Origin: Haplodiscus bocki | Taxonomy: Eukaryota | Reading direction: 5' to 3' | DNA length: 64,000 nucleotides | Assembly: GCA_965655095.1 (NCBI GenBank) | Contig: OZ296650.1 | Coordinates: forward strand, 65,534,001 to 65,598,000 | Part shown: one piece after another, positions 14,049 to 27,900 of the stretch | Layout of the letters: every line of letters begins with the position of its first letter | How positions within the stretch are numbered: position 1 is the first letter of the stretch | The notes under the pieces: generated by a model | Database searches by the model: none | The model's input: only the letters and a program-made list of their open reading frames with translations | Told to the model about the DNA's origin: nothing | Position numbers and translations under genes: made by a program

Positions 14049-15991
14049 GAAACAGTTAACAACGAGTCGGGTTCCATCAGTAGCTTCGAAACATTATCTA
14101 ACAAGGGGGTTTCAAAATGTACGGATCATGGTGACTTTTGGAAAAAAACTTATAGCCCGGTTCTGGTAATTTCGTTCTTTGTACTTCCACTAGAGACATA
14201 ATTTTTGTGTGAGACAAACACAGTCCTGTTTTTGTGGCTGCAGAGATCCACCCGTTGTTCTTTGCTCAGCATCTAACTGTTTCTTTGAAAGACATTTTGA
14301 CAAAGAAAAAAGTCGGCCGAAATCTCAAACAAATCGAGAACACCCGGACCCTCGACTTTGAGACTTTGTGAAAAATCAAATTTTGAGATACGGCCATCAC
14401 TTTGGATGATATAAAACGCGTTTGGGAAACGATTCTGAACGTGCCTAGTCAAAATATCTGAAATGGGGCTCCAGGGGCAAAAAAACAAAAACGAGAGAGA
14501 GAGAGAGAGAGAGAGAGAGCTGAAGCAGTTAGCAATGAGTCGAGTTCCTTCAGTAGCTTCGAAACGTTATGTAACAAGGGGTTCGAAATGTAGGAGTCAT
14601 GGTGAGTTTTGGAAAAAACTTATAGCCCGGTTCTGGTAATTTCGTTCTTTTAACTTTCACTGGAGTCATACTTTTTGTGTGACACAGACACAGTCCTTGC
14701 TTTGAGGCTGAAGAGGGTCCACTGGTTTCACTTTGGTCGACACCTAAACGTTTTTTTTGCAAGAAATTTTGAGGCAAAGAAAATTCAGCCCAAACCTCAA
14801 ACAAGTCGATGTCACCCGGACACTCGATTTTGTCGCTATCTGCAAAATTGAAGTTCGAGTTAAGGCCATGACTTTGGGTAACGCGGAACACGTCTGGGAA
14901 GCAATTCTGAACGTGTCCAGTCAAAAAAACTGAAAAAGGGCTCCAGGGACGAAAAATAGAACTGTGGGACTGAGAAATGACACCGTCCTCAATGAGTCGG
15001 GTTCAATGAGTAGCTTCTAAATGTTATCTGTCATGGTGGTCCAAATTGTACGGTTAATGGTGAATTTTCAAAAACAAATTTTCATCCAGATTCAGGTTTT
15101 TTCGTTCCAACTTTTATCAATAGAGTCTCACTTTTTGTGCAAGACACACAGTCTTAGTTTTGACGCTGCAGAGAGTCCACCAGTTTTACTTTGGTCAGCA
15201 CCTAAGCATTTTTTTGCGAAACAATTTGGCGCGAAGAAAAACCGGCCGAAACCTCAAACAAATTGAGACTACCCGGACCCTAGACATTGCGGCTTTGTGC
15301 AAAATTCAATTTTGAGACACGGTCATCACTTTGGAAGATACAGAACACACTTGGGAAACGGTTTTGAACGAGTGTAGTCAAAAAGTTTGAAAAGGGTTCG
15401 GGGTGGAGGTGAGGGCAAATATCCAAAGTGAGATATAGGGAGTTTGAGAATACATTTGGGAAACAATTTTGAATGTGTTCAGTCAACAAACTAAATTGGA
15501 GCTCCAGGGCGCAAAAAAAAACGAGAAACAGTGAGCTCGAACCGTTACCAATGAATCGGGTTCGATGAGTAGGTTCGAAACCTTATCTAACATGGGGGTC
15601 CAAAATGTACGGATATTGATGAACTTTGAAAGCAAAAATAAAGCCCGATTCGGCTAATTTCGTTCTGGCTTTTTTCAAAGAAATCACACTTTTTTGTGCA
15701 AGAGAGACACATTCCTAGTTTTGAAGCTGCAGAGAGTACACCAGTTTTACTTTGGTCAGCAACAAAGCATTTTTTTCAAGATATTCTGACGCAAAGGAAA
15801 ATCAGGCCAAACCTCAAACAAATCGAGACCACCTGACCCTCAAATTTTCAGCTATCTGTAAAACTGAATTTTGAGATACGGTTATCAGTTATGGGGATAC
15901 AGATTACGTTTGGAAACGATTTTGAACGTGTCCACTCAAAAAGTCTGAAATGGGGCTCCAGGGGGCAAAAAAACAAAAACGAGAGAGAGAG

Positions 15992-16025
<34 letters not shown>

Positions 16026-16914
16026 GAAGCAGTTAGCAATGAGTCGAGTTCCTTCAGTAGCTTCGAAACGTTACGTAACAAGGGGTTCGAAATGTAGGAG
16101 TCATGGTGAATTTTGGAAAAAACTTATGGCCCGGTTCTGGTAATTTCGTTCTTTTAACTTTCACTAGAGTCATACTTTTTGTGTAACACAGACACAGGCC
16201 TTGTTTTGTGGCTGCAGATATCCACCCGTTGTTCTTTGCTCAGCATCTAACTGTTTCTTTGAAAGACACTTTGACGAACAAAAAGTCGGCCCAAACCTTA
16301 AACAAGTTGAGGCCACCCGGACCCTCAATTTTTCAGCTACCTGCAAATTTGAAATTTGATATACGGCTATCATTTTTGGGGATACAGATTACGTTTGGAG
16401 ACGATTTTGAACGTGTCTACTCAAAGTTTCTGAAATGGGGCTCCAGGGGGCAAAAAAAATGAGAGACAGAGAGCTGAAACAGTTAACAACGAGTCGGGTT
16501 CCATCAGTAGCTTCGAAACATTATCTAACAAGGGGGTTTCAAAATGTACGGATCATGGTGACTTTTGGAAAAAAACTTATAGCCCGGTTCTGGTAATTTC
16601 GTTCTTTGTACTTCCACTAGAGACATACTTTTTGTGTGAGACAAACACAGTCCTGTTTTTGTGGCTGCAGAGATCCACCCGTTGTTCTTTGCTCAGCATC
16701 TAACTGTTTCTTTGAAAGACATTTTGACAAAGAAAAAAGTCGGCCGAAATCTCAAACAAATCGAGAACACCCGGACCCTCGACTTTGAGACTGTGAAAAA
16801 TCAAATTTTGAGATACGGCCATCACTTTGGATGATATAAAACGCGTTTGGGAAACGATTCTGAACGTGCCTAGTCAAAACATCTGAAATGGGGCTCCAGG
16901 GGCAAAAAAACAAA

Positions 16915-16952
<38 letters not shown>

Positions 16953-18900
16953 GAAACAGTTAACAACGAGTCGGGTTCCATCAGTAGCTTCGAAACATTA
17001 TCTAACAAGGGGGTTTCAAAATGTACGGATCATGGTGATTTTTGGAAAAAACTTATAGCCCGGTTCTGGTAATTTCGTTCTTTTAACTTTCACTGGAGTC
17101 ATACTTTTTGTGTGACACAGACACAGTCCTTGCTTTGAGGTTGAAGAGGGTCCACTGGTTTTACTTTGGTCGACACCTAAACGTTTTTTTGCAAGAAATT
17201 TTGAGGCAGAGAAAGTTCAGCCCAAATCTCAAAGAAGTCGATGTCACCCGGACACTCGATTTTGCCGCTATCTGGAAAATTGAAGTTTGAGTTAAGGCCA
17301 TGACTTTGAGTAATGCGGAACACGTCTGGGAAGCAATTATGAACGTGTCCAGTCAAAAAAAATGAATTGGGGCTCCAGGGGCGAAAAATAGAACTGTGGG
17401 ACTGAGAAATGACACCGTTCTCAATGAGTCGGGTTCAATGAGTAGCTTCTAAATGTTATCTGTCATGGTGGTCCAAATTGTACGGTCAATGGTAAATTTT
17501 CAAAAATAATTTTTCATCCAGATTCAGGTTTTTTCGTTCCAACTTTTATCAATAGAGTCTCACTTTTTGTGCAAGACACACAGTCGTAGTTTTGAGGCTG
17601 CAGAGAGTCCACCAGTTTTTCTGGTCAGCACCTAAGCGTTTTTTTGCAATACACTTTGACGCAAAGAAAAATCGGACCAAACCTCACAAATCGAGACCAC
17701 CCGGACTCTCGACATTGCGGCTTTGTACAAAATTCAATTTTGAGACACGGTCATCACTTTGGAAAATACAGAACACACTTGGGAAACGGTTTTGAACGAG
17801 TGTAGTCAAAAAGTCTGAAAATGGTTCGGGCTGAAGGTGAGGGCAAATATCCCAAGTGAGATATAGGGAGTTTGAGAATACATTTGGGGAACAATTTTGA
17901 ATGTGTTCAGTCAACAAACTAAATTGGAGCTCCAGGGCGCAAAAAAAAACGAGAAACAGTGAGCTCGAACCGTTACCAATGAATCGGGTTCGATGAGTAG
18001 GTTCGAAACCTTATCTAGCATGGGGGTCCAAAATGTACGGAAAATGATGAACTTTGAAAGCAAAAATAAAGCCCGATTCGGCTAATTTCGTTCTGGCTTT
18101 TTTTCAAAGGAATCACACTTTTTGTGCAAGAGAGACAAATTCCTAGTTTTGAAGCTGCAGAGAAATCACGAGTTTTACTTTGGTCAGCAACAAAACATTT
18201 TTTGCAAGATATTTTGACGCAAAGAAAAATCAGGCCAAACCTCGAACAAATCGAGTCCACCTGGACCCTCAATTTTTCAGCTATCTGCAAAATTGAATTT
18301 TGAGATACGGTTATCAGTTATGGGGATACAGATTACGTTTGGAGACGATTTTGAACGTGTCCACTCAAAAAGTCTGAAATGGGGCTCCAGGGGGCAAAAA
18401 AACAAAAACGAGAGAGAGAGAGAGAGAGAGCTGAAGCAGTTAGCAATGAGTCGAGTTCCTTCAGTAGCTTCGAAACGTTATGTAACAAGGGGTTCGAAAT
18501 GTAGGAGTCATGGTGAGTTTTGGAAAAAACTTATAGCCCGGTTCTGGTAATTTCGTTCTTTTAACTTTCACTAGAGTCAAACTTTTTGTGTAACACAGAC
18601 ACAGGCCTGGTTTTGTGGCTGCAGATATCCACCCATTGTTCTTTGCTCAGCATCTAACTGTTTCTTTGAAAGACATTTTGACAAAGAAAAAAGTCGGCCG
18701 AAATCTCAACCAAATCGAGAACACCCGGACCCTCGACTTTGAGACTTTGTGAAAAATCAAAATATGAGATACGGCCATCACTTTGGATGATATAAAACGC
18801 GTTTGGGAAACGATTCTGAACGTGCCTAGTCAAAATATCTTAAATGGGGCTCGAGGAAGCAAAAACCTAAAATGAGAGATAGAGAGATGAGTCCGTACTC
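8471..18900. repeat. Satellite layer B: divergent monomers forming 4-mer/5-mer HORs, with a ~560-bp chimeric monomer and (GA)n tracts
   Basis: Tail changes to GAAATGGGGCTCCAGGGGGCAAAAAAAC. The unit with GAGGCTGAAGAGGGTCC recurs at ~10781, 12741, 14706, 17138 (spacings ~1960, 1965, 2432). Boundaries approximate. Confidence 0.85.
12513..12554. repeat. (GA)n microsatellite inside a satellite monomer, (GA)5GC(GA)15
   Basis: Read directly. Homologous tracts at 10569-10592, 14014-14045, 14493-14518, 15981-16022, 16918-16949, 18410-18429. Confidence 0.95.
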
Positions 18901-21900
18901 AATGAGTCGGGTTCGATGAGAATGTTGGAAATGTTATCTAATATGGGGGTCCAAAAGGTACGGATCACGGTGAATTTCGAAAAACAAAAATTTAGCCCGA
19001 TTCATGTAATTTCGGTCTAAATTTTTTCAATGTCAATAGAGTCTTTCTTTTTGTTTAAGACCGACACTGTCCTTGGTTTGAGGCTGCAGAGAGTCCACCG
19101 GTTTTACTTTGGTGAGCACCTAAACGTTTTTTTGCTAGACATTTTCACGCAGAGAATCTTCTGCCCAATTCTCAATTAAGTGGAAGTCACCCGGACTCTC
19201 GATTTTGCAGCTATCTGCAAAATTGAAAATTTGGATACCACCATCACTTTGGTTGATACAGAAGACGTTTGGGAAACAATTTTGAAAGTGTTTAGTCAAA
19301 AATTCGGAAATGGAGCTCGCAGGGGCAAAAACCAAAAATGAGATATAGAGAGCTGAAACCGTTCCCAATGAGTCGGGTTCGTTCAGTTGGTTCGAAATGT
19401 CTATTAAAATGGGAGACTAAAAGGTACGGATCATGGTGAATTTTGAAGAAAAATTTATAGCCCGATTCAGGTACTTCCCTTCTGATTTTCTTCAAAAGAT
19501 ACGTACTTTTTGTGCAAGACAGACACAGTCTTAGCTTTGTGGCTGCCGAGCGTGCATCAGTTGTACTTTGATCAGCACCTAACCGCTTCTGTGCAAGACA
19601 TTTTGACGCATAAAAAAATCGGGCCAAACCTCAAACAAGTCAAAAGCACCTGGAGCCTTGACTCTGCGGCAATCTGCAAAATAGGAATTTGAGGTATGGC
19701 CATCACTTTGGGTGATAAAGAACACGTTTGGGAAACGATTTTGAACGTGTCTGGTCAAAAATTCTGAAATGGGGCCCATGGGGCAAAAAACAAAAATGAG
19801 AGACAGAGAGCTGAAACCCCTACCAATGATTCATGTTCGATCAATAGCTTCGAAGTGTTATCTAAAAAGGGGAATGAAAATGTAATTATCATGGTGAATT
19901 TTGAAAAAAAACCTTTATCCCGGTTCTGGTAATCTCGTTCCTTGTACTTTCACTAGAGTTATACTTTCTGTGTGAGACAGACGCAGTCGTAGTTTGAAGC
20001 TGCAGAGACTCCACCAGTTTTACTTTGGTCAGCAACTAAGCGTTTTTTGCAAGATTTTTTGACGCGATAAAAATCAGGCCAAACCTCAAACAAGTCAATT
20101 CCACCTGGACCATCAATTTTGCAGCTCTCTGCAAAATTGAATTTTGGGATACGGTCATCTGTTTTGGGGATAAAGAACAAGTTCGGAGACGGTTTTGAAC
20201 GAGTCCACTCAAAAATTCTGAAATGGGGCTCCAGGGGGCGAAAAAACACAAAAACGAGAGAGCTGAAACAGTTACCAATGAGTCGGGTTTTATCAGTAGC
20301 TTCGAATTGTCATCTAACAAGGGGGTTCAAAATGTACGAATCATGGTGAATTTCGAAGAAAACTTATAGCCCGGTTCTGGTAATTTCGTTTTTTTTTTAC
20401 TTTCACTAGAGTCATAGTTTTTGTGCGAGACAGACACAGTCCTGGTTTTGTGGTTGAAGAGATCCAACTGTTGTACTTTGCTCAGCATCTAACTGTTTCT
20501 TTGAAAGACACCTTGACGAAGAATAAAGTCGGCCCAAACCTCAAACAAAACGAGAACACCCGGACCCTTGACTTTGAGACTTTGTGCAAAATCAAACTTT
20601 GAGATACTGCCATCACTTTGGATGATATAGAACGCGTTTGGGAAACGATTCTGAACGTGCCTAGTCAAAAATTGTGAAAGACGGCTCGAGGTGGCAAACC
20701 CCAAAACAAGAGTTAGAGAGATGAGACCGTACTCAATGAGTCGGATTCGATGAAAATGTTGGAAATGTTATCTAATATGGGGCTCTAAAAAGTACGGATC
20801 ATGGTGATTTTCGAAAAACAAAAAAAAGCCCTATTCAGGTAATTTCGTTCCAACTTTTCTCAATGTCAATAGAGTCTTACTTTTTGTGCAAGACAGACAC
20901 AGTCCTTGGCTTGAGGCTGCAGAAAGTCCACCGGTTTTACTTTGGTCAGCACCTAAATGTTTTTTTTGCAAGACATTTTGACGCAGAGAAATTTCAGCCC
21001 AAACCTCAAACAAATGGAGGTCACCCGGACTCTCGATTTTGCAGCTATCTGCAAATACGAATTTTGAGGTAGAGCCATCACTTTGGGTGATACAGAATAC
21101 GTTTCCGAAACGATTTTGAAAGTGCTTTGTCAAAAATTCTAAAATGGTGCTCCAGAGGCAAAAAACAAAAATGAGAGAGGGAGAGCTGAAACGCTAACCG
21201 ATGAACCGATGAGTCGGGCTCGATCAGTAGCTTCGAAGTGTTTTCTAACAAGGGGGTTCAAAATATAGGGATCATGGTGAATTTTGAAGAAAACTTATAG
21301 CCCCGTTCTGGTGTTTTCGTTCCTTTTACATTCACTAGAGTTGTAATTTTTGTGCAAGACAGACACAGTCCTTGCTCTGAGGCTGCAGAGTGTCCACGAG
21401 TTTTACTTTGGTCAGCACCTAAATTTTTTTGCAAGACATTTTCACGCAGAGAATCTTCTGCCCAATTCTCAATTAAGTGGAAGTCACCCGGACTCTCGAT
21501 TTTGCAGCTATCTGCAAAATTGAAAATTTGGATACCACCATCACTTTGGTTGATACAGAAGACGTTTGGGAAACATTTTTGAATGTGTTCAGGGAAAAAC
21601 CCTGAAATGGGGCTCCAGTGCGCAAAAACCAAAAATTAGAGATGAAGAGCTGAGTCCGTCACCAATGAGTCGGGTTTGACAAGTACGTTCGAAATGTTAC
21701 CTAATATGGGGGTCTAAAGGTACGGATGATGGTGAATTTCAAAAAACAGAAAGATAGTCCAATTGAGGTTTTTTCGTTCTAACTTTTTTCAATATCAATA
21801 GAGTCTTACTTTTTGTACAAGACAGACCCAATCCTAGTTTTGTTGCCTCAGAGAGTCCACTAGTTTTACATTGCTCAGCACCTAAGCGTTTTTTTGCAAG

Positions 21901-24900
21901 CTATTTCGACGCAGAGAAGAATCAGGCCAAACTTCAAACAAGTCGAGGCCACCCGCACCCTCGACTTTGCAGCTCTCTGCAAAATTGAAATTTGAGATAC
22001 GGTTATCAGTTTTGGGGATACAGATTACGTCTGGAGACGAGTTTGAACGTGTCCACTCAAAAATTTTGAAACGGGGCTCCAGGGGGCCAAAAAAACAAAA
22101 ATGAGAGGGAGAGCTGAAACAGTTAGCAATGAGTCGGGTTCCATCAGTGGCTTCGAAACGTTATGTAACAAGGGGTTCGAAACGTAGGAATCATGGTGAA
22201 TTTTGGAGGAAACTTATGGCCCGGTTCTGGTAATTTCGTTTTTTTTACTTTCACTAGAGTCATACTTTTTGTGCGAGACAGACACAGTCCTGGTTTTGTG
22301 GCTGCAGAGATCCAACTGTTGTACTTTGCTCAGCATCTAACTGTTTCTTTGAAAGACACCTTGACGAAGAATAAAGTCGGCCCAAACCTCAAACAAAACG
22401 AGAACACCCGGACCCTTGACTTTGAGACTTTGTGCAAAATCAAACTTTGAGATACTGCCATCACTTTGGATGATATAGAACGCGTTTGGGAAACGATTCT
22501 GAACGTGCCTAGTCAAAAATTGTGAAAGACGGCTCGAGGTGGCAAACCCCAAAACAAGAGTTAGAGAGATGAGTCCGTACTCAATGAGTCGGATTCGATG
22601 AAAATGTTGGAAATGTTATCTAATATGGGGCTCTAAAAAGTACGGATCATGGTGATTTTCGAAAAACAAAAAAAAGCCCTATTCAGGTAATTTCGTTCCA
22701 ACTTTTCTCAATGTCAATAGAGTCTTACTTTTTGTGCAAGACAGACACAATCCTTGGCTTGAGGCTGCAGAAAGTCCACCGGTTTTACTTTGGTCAGCAC
22801 CTAAATGTTTTTTTTGCAAGACATTTTGACGCAGAGAAATTTCAGCCCAAACCTCAAACAAATGGAGGTCACCCGGACTCTCGATTTTGCAGCTATCTGC
22901 AAATTCGAATTTTGAGGTAAAGCCATCACTTTGGGTGATACAGAATACGTTTCCTAAACGATTTTGAAAGTGCTTTGTCAAAAATTCTAAAATGGTGCTC
23001 CAGAGGCAAAAAACAAAAATGAGAGAGGGAGAGCTGAAACGCTAACCGATGAACCGATGAGTCGGGCTCGATCAGTAGCTTCGAAGTGTTTTCTAACAAG
23101 GGGGTTCAAAATATAGGGATCATGGTGAATTTTGAAAAAAACCTTTATCCCGGTTCTGGTAATCTCGTTCCTTGTACTTTCACTAGAGTTATACTTTCTG
23201 TGTGAGACAGACGCAGTCGTAGTTTGAAGCTGCAGAGACTCCACCAGTTTTACTTTGGTCAGCAACTAAGCGTTTTTTGCAAGATTTTTTGACGCGATAA
23301 AAATCAGGCCAAACCTCAAACAAGTCAATTCCACCTGGACCATCAATTTTGCAGCTCTCTGCAAAATTGAATTTTGGGATACGGTCATCTGTTTTGGGGA
23401 TAAAGAACAAGTTCGGAGACGGTTTTGAACGAGTCCACTCAGAAATTCTGAAATGGGGCTCCAGGGGGCGAAAAAACACAAAAACGAGAGAGCTGAAACA
23501 GTTACCAATGAGTCGGGTTTTATCAGTAGCTTCGAATTGTCATCTAACAAGGGGGTTCAAAATGTACGAATCATGGTGAATTTCGAAGAAAACTTATAGC
23601 CCGGTTCTGGTAATTTCGTTTTTTTTTTACTTTCACTAGAGTCATAGTTTTTGTGCGAGACAGACACAGTCCTGGTTTTGTGGTTGAAGAGATCCAACTG
23701 TTGTACTTTGCTCAGCATCTAACTGTTTCTTTGAAAGACACCTTGACGAAGAATAAAGTCGGCCCAAACCTCAAACAAAACGAGAACACCCGGACCCTTG
23801 ACTTTGAGACTTTGTGCAAAATCAAACTTTGAGATACTGCCATCACTTTGCATGATATAGAACGCGTTTGGGAAACGATTCTGAACGTGCCTAGTCAAAA
23901 ATTGTGAAAGACGGCTCGAGGTGGCAAACCCCAAAACAAGAGTTAGAGAGATGAGTCCGTACTCAATGAGTCGGATTCGATGAAAATGTTGGAAATGTTA
24001 TCTAATATGGGGCTCTAAAAAGTACGGATCATGGTGATTTTCGAAAAACAAAAAATAGCCCTATTCAGGTAATTTCGTTCCAACTTTTCTCAATGTCAAT
24101 AGAGTCTTACTTTTTGTGCAAGACAGACACAGTCCTTGGCTTGAGGCTGCAGAAAGTCCACCGGTTTTACTTTGGTCAGCACCTAAATGTTTTTTTTGGA
24201 AGACATTTTGACGCAGAGAAATTTCAGCCCAAACCTCAAACAAATGGAGGTCACCCGGACTCTCGATTTTGCAGCTATCTGCAAATACGAATTTTGAGGT
24301 AAAGCCATCACTTTGGGTGATACAGAATACGTTTCCGAAACGATTTTGAAAGTGCTTTGTCAAAAATTCTAAAATGGTGCTCCAGAGGCAAAAAACAAAA
24401 ATGAGAGAGGGAGAGCTGAAACGCTAACCGATGAACCGATGAGTCGGGCTCGATCAGTAGCTTCGAAGTGTTTCTAACAAGGGGGTTCAAAATATAGGGA
24501 TCATGTTGAATTTTGAAAAAAACTTTTATCCCGGTTCTGGTAATCTCGTTCCTTGTACTTTCACTAGAGTTATACTTTCTGTGTGAGACAGACGCAGTCG
24601 TAGTTTGAAGCTGCAGAGACTCCACCAGTTTTACTTTGGTCAGCAACTAAGCGTTTTTTGCAAGATTTTTTGACGCGATAAAAATCAGGCCAAACCTCAA
24701 ACAAGTCAATTCCACCTGGACCATCAATTTTGCAGCTCTCTGCAAAATTGAATTTTGGGATACGGTCATCTGTTTTGGGGATAAAGAACAAGTTCGGAGA
24801 CGGTTTTGAACGAGTCCACTCAGAAATTCTGAAATGGGGCTCCAGGGGGCGAAAAAACACAAAAACGAGAGAGCTGAAACAGTTACCAATGAGTCGGGTT

Positions 24901-27900
24901 TTATCAGTAGCTTCGAATTGTCATCTAACAAGGGGGTTCAAAATGTACGAATCATGGTGAATTTCGAAGAAAACTTATAGCCCGGTTCTGGTAATTTCGT
25001 TTTTTTTTACTTTCACTAGAGTCATAGTTTTTGTGCGAGACAGACACAGTCCTGGTTTTGTGGTTGAAGAGATCCAACTGTTGTAATTTGCTCAGCATCT
25101 AACTGTTTCTTTGAAAGACACCTTGACGAAGAATAAAGTCGGCCCAAACCTCAAACAAAACGAGAACACCCGGACCCTTGACTTTGAGACTTTGTGCAAA
25201 ATCAAACTTTGAGATACTGCCATCACTTTGGATGATATAGAACGCGTTTGGGAAACGATTCTGAACGTGCCTAGTCAAAAATTGTGAAAGACGGCTCGAG
25301 GTGGCAAACCCCAAAACAAGAGTTAGAGAGATGAGTCCGTACTCAATGAGTCGGATTCGATGAAAATGTTGGAAATGTTATCTAATATGGGGCTCTAAAA
25401 AGTACGGATCATGGTGATTTTCGAAAAACAAAAAAAAGCCCTATTCAGGTAATTTCGTTCCAACTTTTCTCAATGTCAATAGAGTCTTACTTTTTGTGCA
25501 AGACAGACACAATCCTTGGCTTGAGGCTGCAGAAAGTCCACCGGTTTTACTTTGGTCAGCACCTAAATGTTTTTTTTTGCAAGACATTTTGACGCAGAGA
25601 AATTTCAGCCCAAACCTCAAACAAATGGAGGTCACCCGGACTCTCGATTTTGCAGCTATCTGCAAATTCGAATTTTGACGTAAAGCCATCACTTTGGGTG
25701 ATACAGAATACGTTTCCGAAACGATTTTGAAAGTGCTTTGTCAAAAATTCTAAAATGGTGCTCCAGAGGCAAAAAACAAAAATGAGAGAGGGAGAGCTGA
25801 AACGCTAACCGATGAACCGATGAGTCGGGCTCGATCAGTAGCTTCGAAGTGTTATCTAACAAGGGGGTTCAAAAAATACGGATCGTGGTGAATTTTGAAG
25901 AAAACGTTTAGCCCCGTTCTGGTGTTTTCGTTCCTTTTACGTTCACTAGAGTTGTAATTTTTGTGCAAGACAGACACAGTCCTTGCTCTGAGGCTGCAGA
26001 GAGTCCACGAGTTTTACTTTGGTCAGCACCTAAGCGTTTTTTGCAAGATATTTTGACACAGAGAAGAATCAGGCCAAACCTCAAACAAATCGAGGCCACC
26101 TGGACCTTTGATTTTGCAGCTCTCTGCAAAATTGAAATTTGAGATACGGTTATCAGTTTTGGGGATACAGATTACGTCTGGAGACGAGTTTGAACGTGTC
26201 CACTCAAAAATTTTGAAACGGGGCTCCAGGGGGCAAAAAAAAACAAAAATGAGAGAGAGAGAGAGCTGAAACAGTTAGCAATGAGTCGGGTTCCATCAGT
26301 GGCCTCGAAACGTTATGTAACAAGGGGTTCGAAACGTAGGAGTCATGGTGATTTTTGGAGGAAACTTATGGCCCGGTTGTGGTAATTTCGTTTTTTTTTA
26401 CTTTCACTAGAGTCATACTTTTTGTGCGAGACAGACACAGTCCTGGTTTTGTGGCTGCAGAGATCCAACTGTTGTACTTTGCTCAGCATCTAACTGTTTC
26501 TTTGAAAGACACCTTGACGAAGAATAAAGTCGGCCCAAACCTCAAACAAAACGAGAACACCCGGACCGTTGACTTTGAGACTTTGTGCAAAATCAAACTT
26601 TGAGATACTGCCATCACTTTGGATGATTTAGAACGCGTTTGGGAAACGATTCTGAACGTGCCTAGTCAGAAATTGTGAAAGACGGCTCGAGGGGGCAAAC
26701 CCCAAAACAAGTGTTAGAGAGATGAGTCCGTACTCAATGAGTCGGGTTCGATGAAAATGTTGGAAATGTTATCTAATATGGGGCTCTAAAAAGTACAGAT
26801 CATGGTGAGTTTCGAAAAACAAAAAATAGCCCTATTCAAGTGAATTCGTTCCAACTTTTCTCAATGTCAATAGAGTCTTACTTTTTGTGCAAGACAGACA
26901 CAGTCCTTGGCTTGAGGCTGCAGAAAGTCCACCGGTTTTACTTTGGTCAGCACCTAAATGTTTTTTTTGCAAGACATTTTGACGCAGAGAAATTTCAGCC
27001 CAAACCTCAAACAAATGGAGGTCACCCGGACTCTCGATTTTGCAGGTATCTGCAAATTCGAATTTTGAGGTACAGCCATCACTTTGAGTGATACAGAATA
27101 GGTTTCCGAAACGAGTTTGAAAGTGCTTTGTGCAAAATTCTGAAATGGTGCTCCAGAGGCAAAAAACAAAAATGAGAGAGGGAGAGCTGAAACCCTAACC
27201 GATGAACCGATGAGTCGGGCTCGATCAGTAGCTTCGAAGTGTTATCTAACAAGGGGGTTCAAAAAATACGGATCGTGGTGAATTTTGAAGAAAACGTTTA
27301 GCCCCGTTTTGGTGTTTTCGTTCCTTTTACGTTCACTAGAGTTGTAATTTTTGTGCAAGACAGACACAGTCCTTGCTCTGAGGCTGCAGAGAGTCCACGA
27401 GTTTTACTTTGGTCAGCACCTAAATGTTTTTTGCAAGACATTTTGACGCAGAGTATCTTCTGCCCAAGTCTCAATTAGGTGGAAGTCACCCGGACTCTCG
27501 ATTTTGCAGCTATCTGCAAAATTGAAAATTTGGATACCACCATCGCTTTGGTTGATACAGAAGACGTTTGGGAAACAATTTTGAATGTGTTCAGGGAAAA
27601 ACCCTGAAATGGGGCTCCAGTGCGCAAAAACCAAAATTTAGAGATGAAGAGCTGAGTCCGTCACCAATGAGTCGGGTTTGACAAGTACGTTCGAAATGTT
27701 ACCTAATATGGGGGTCTAAAGGTACGGATGATGGTGAATTTCAAAAAACAGAAAGATAGTCCAATTGAAGTTTTTTCGTTCTAACTTTTTTCAATATCAA
27801 TAGAGTCTTGCTTTTTGTACAAGACAGACACAATCCTAGTTTTGTTGCCTCAGAGAGTCCACTAGTTTTACATTGCTCAGCACCTAAGCGTTTTTTTGCA

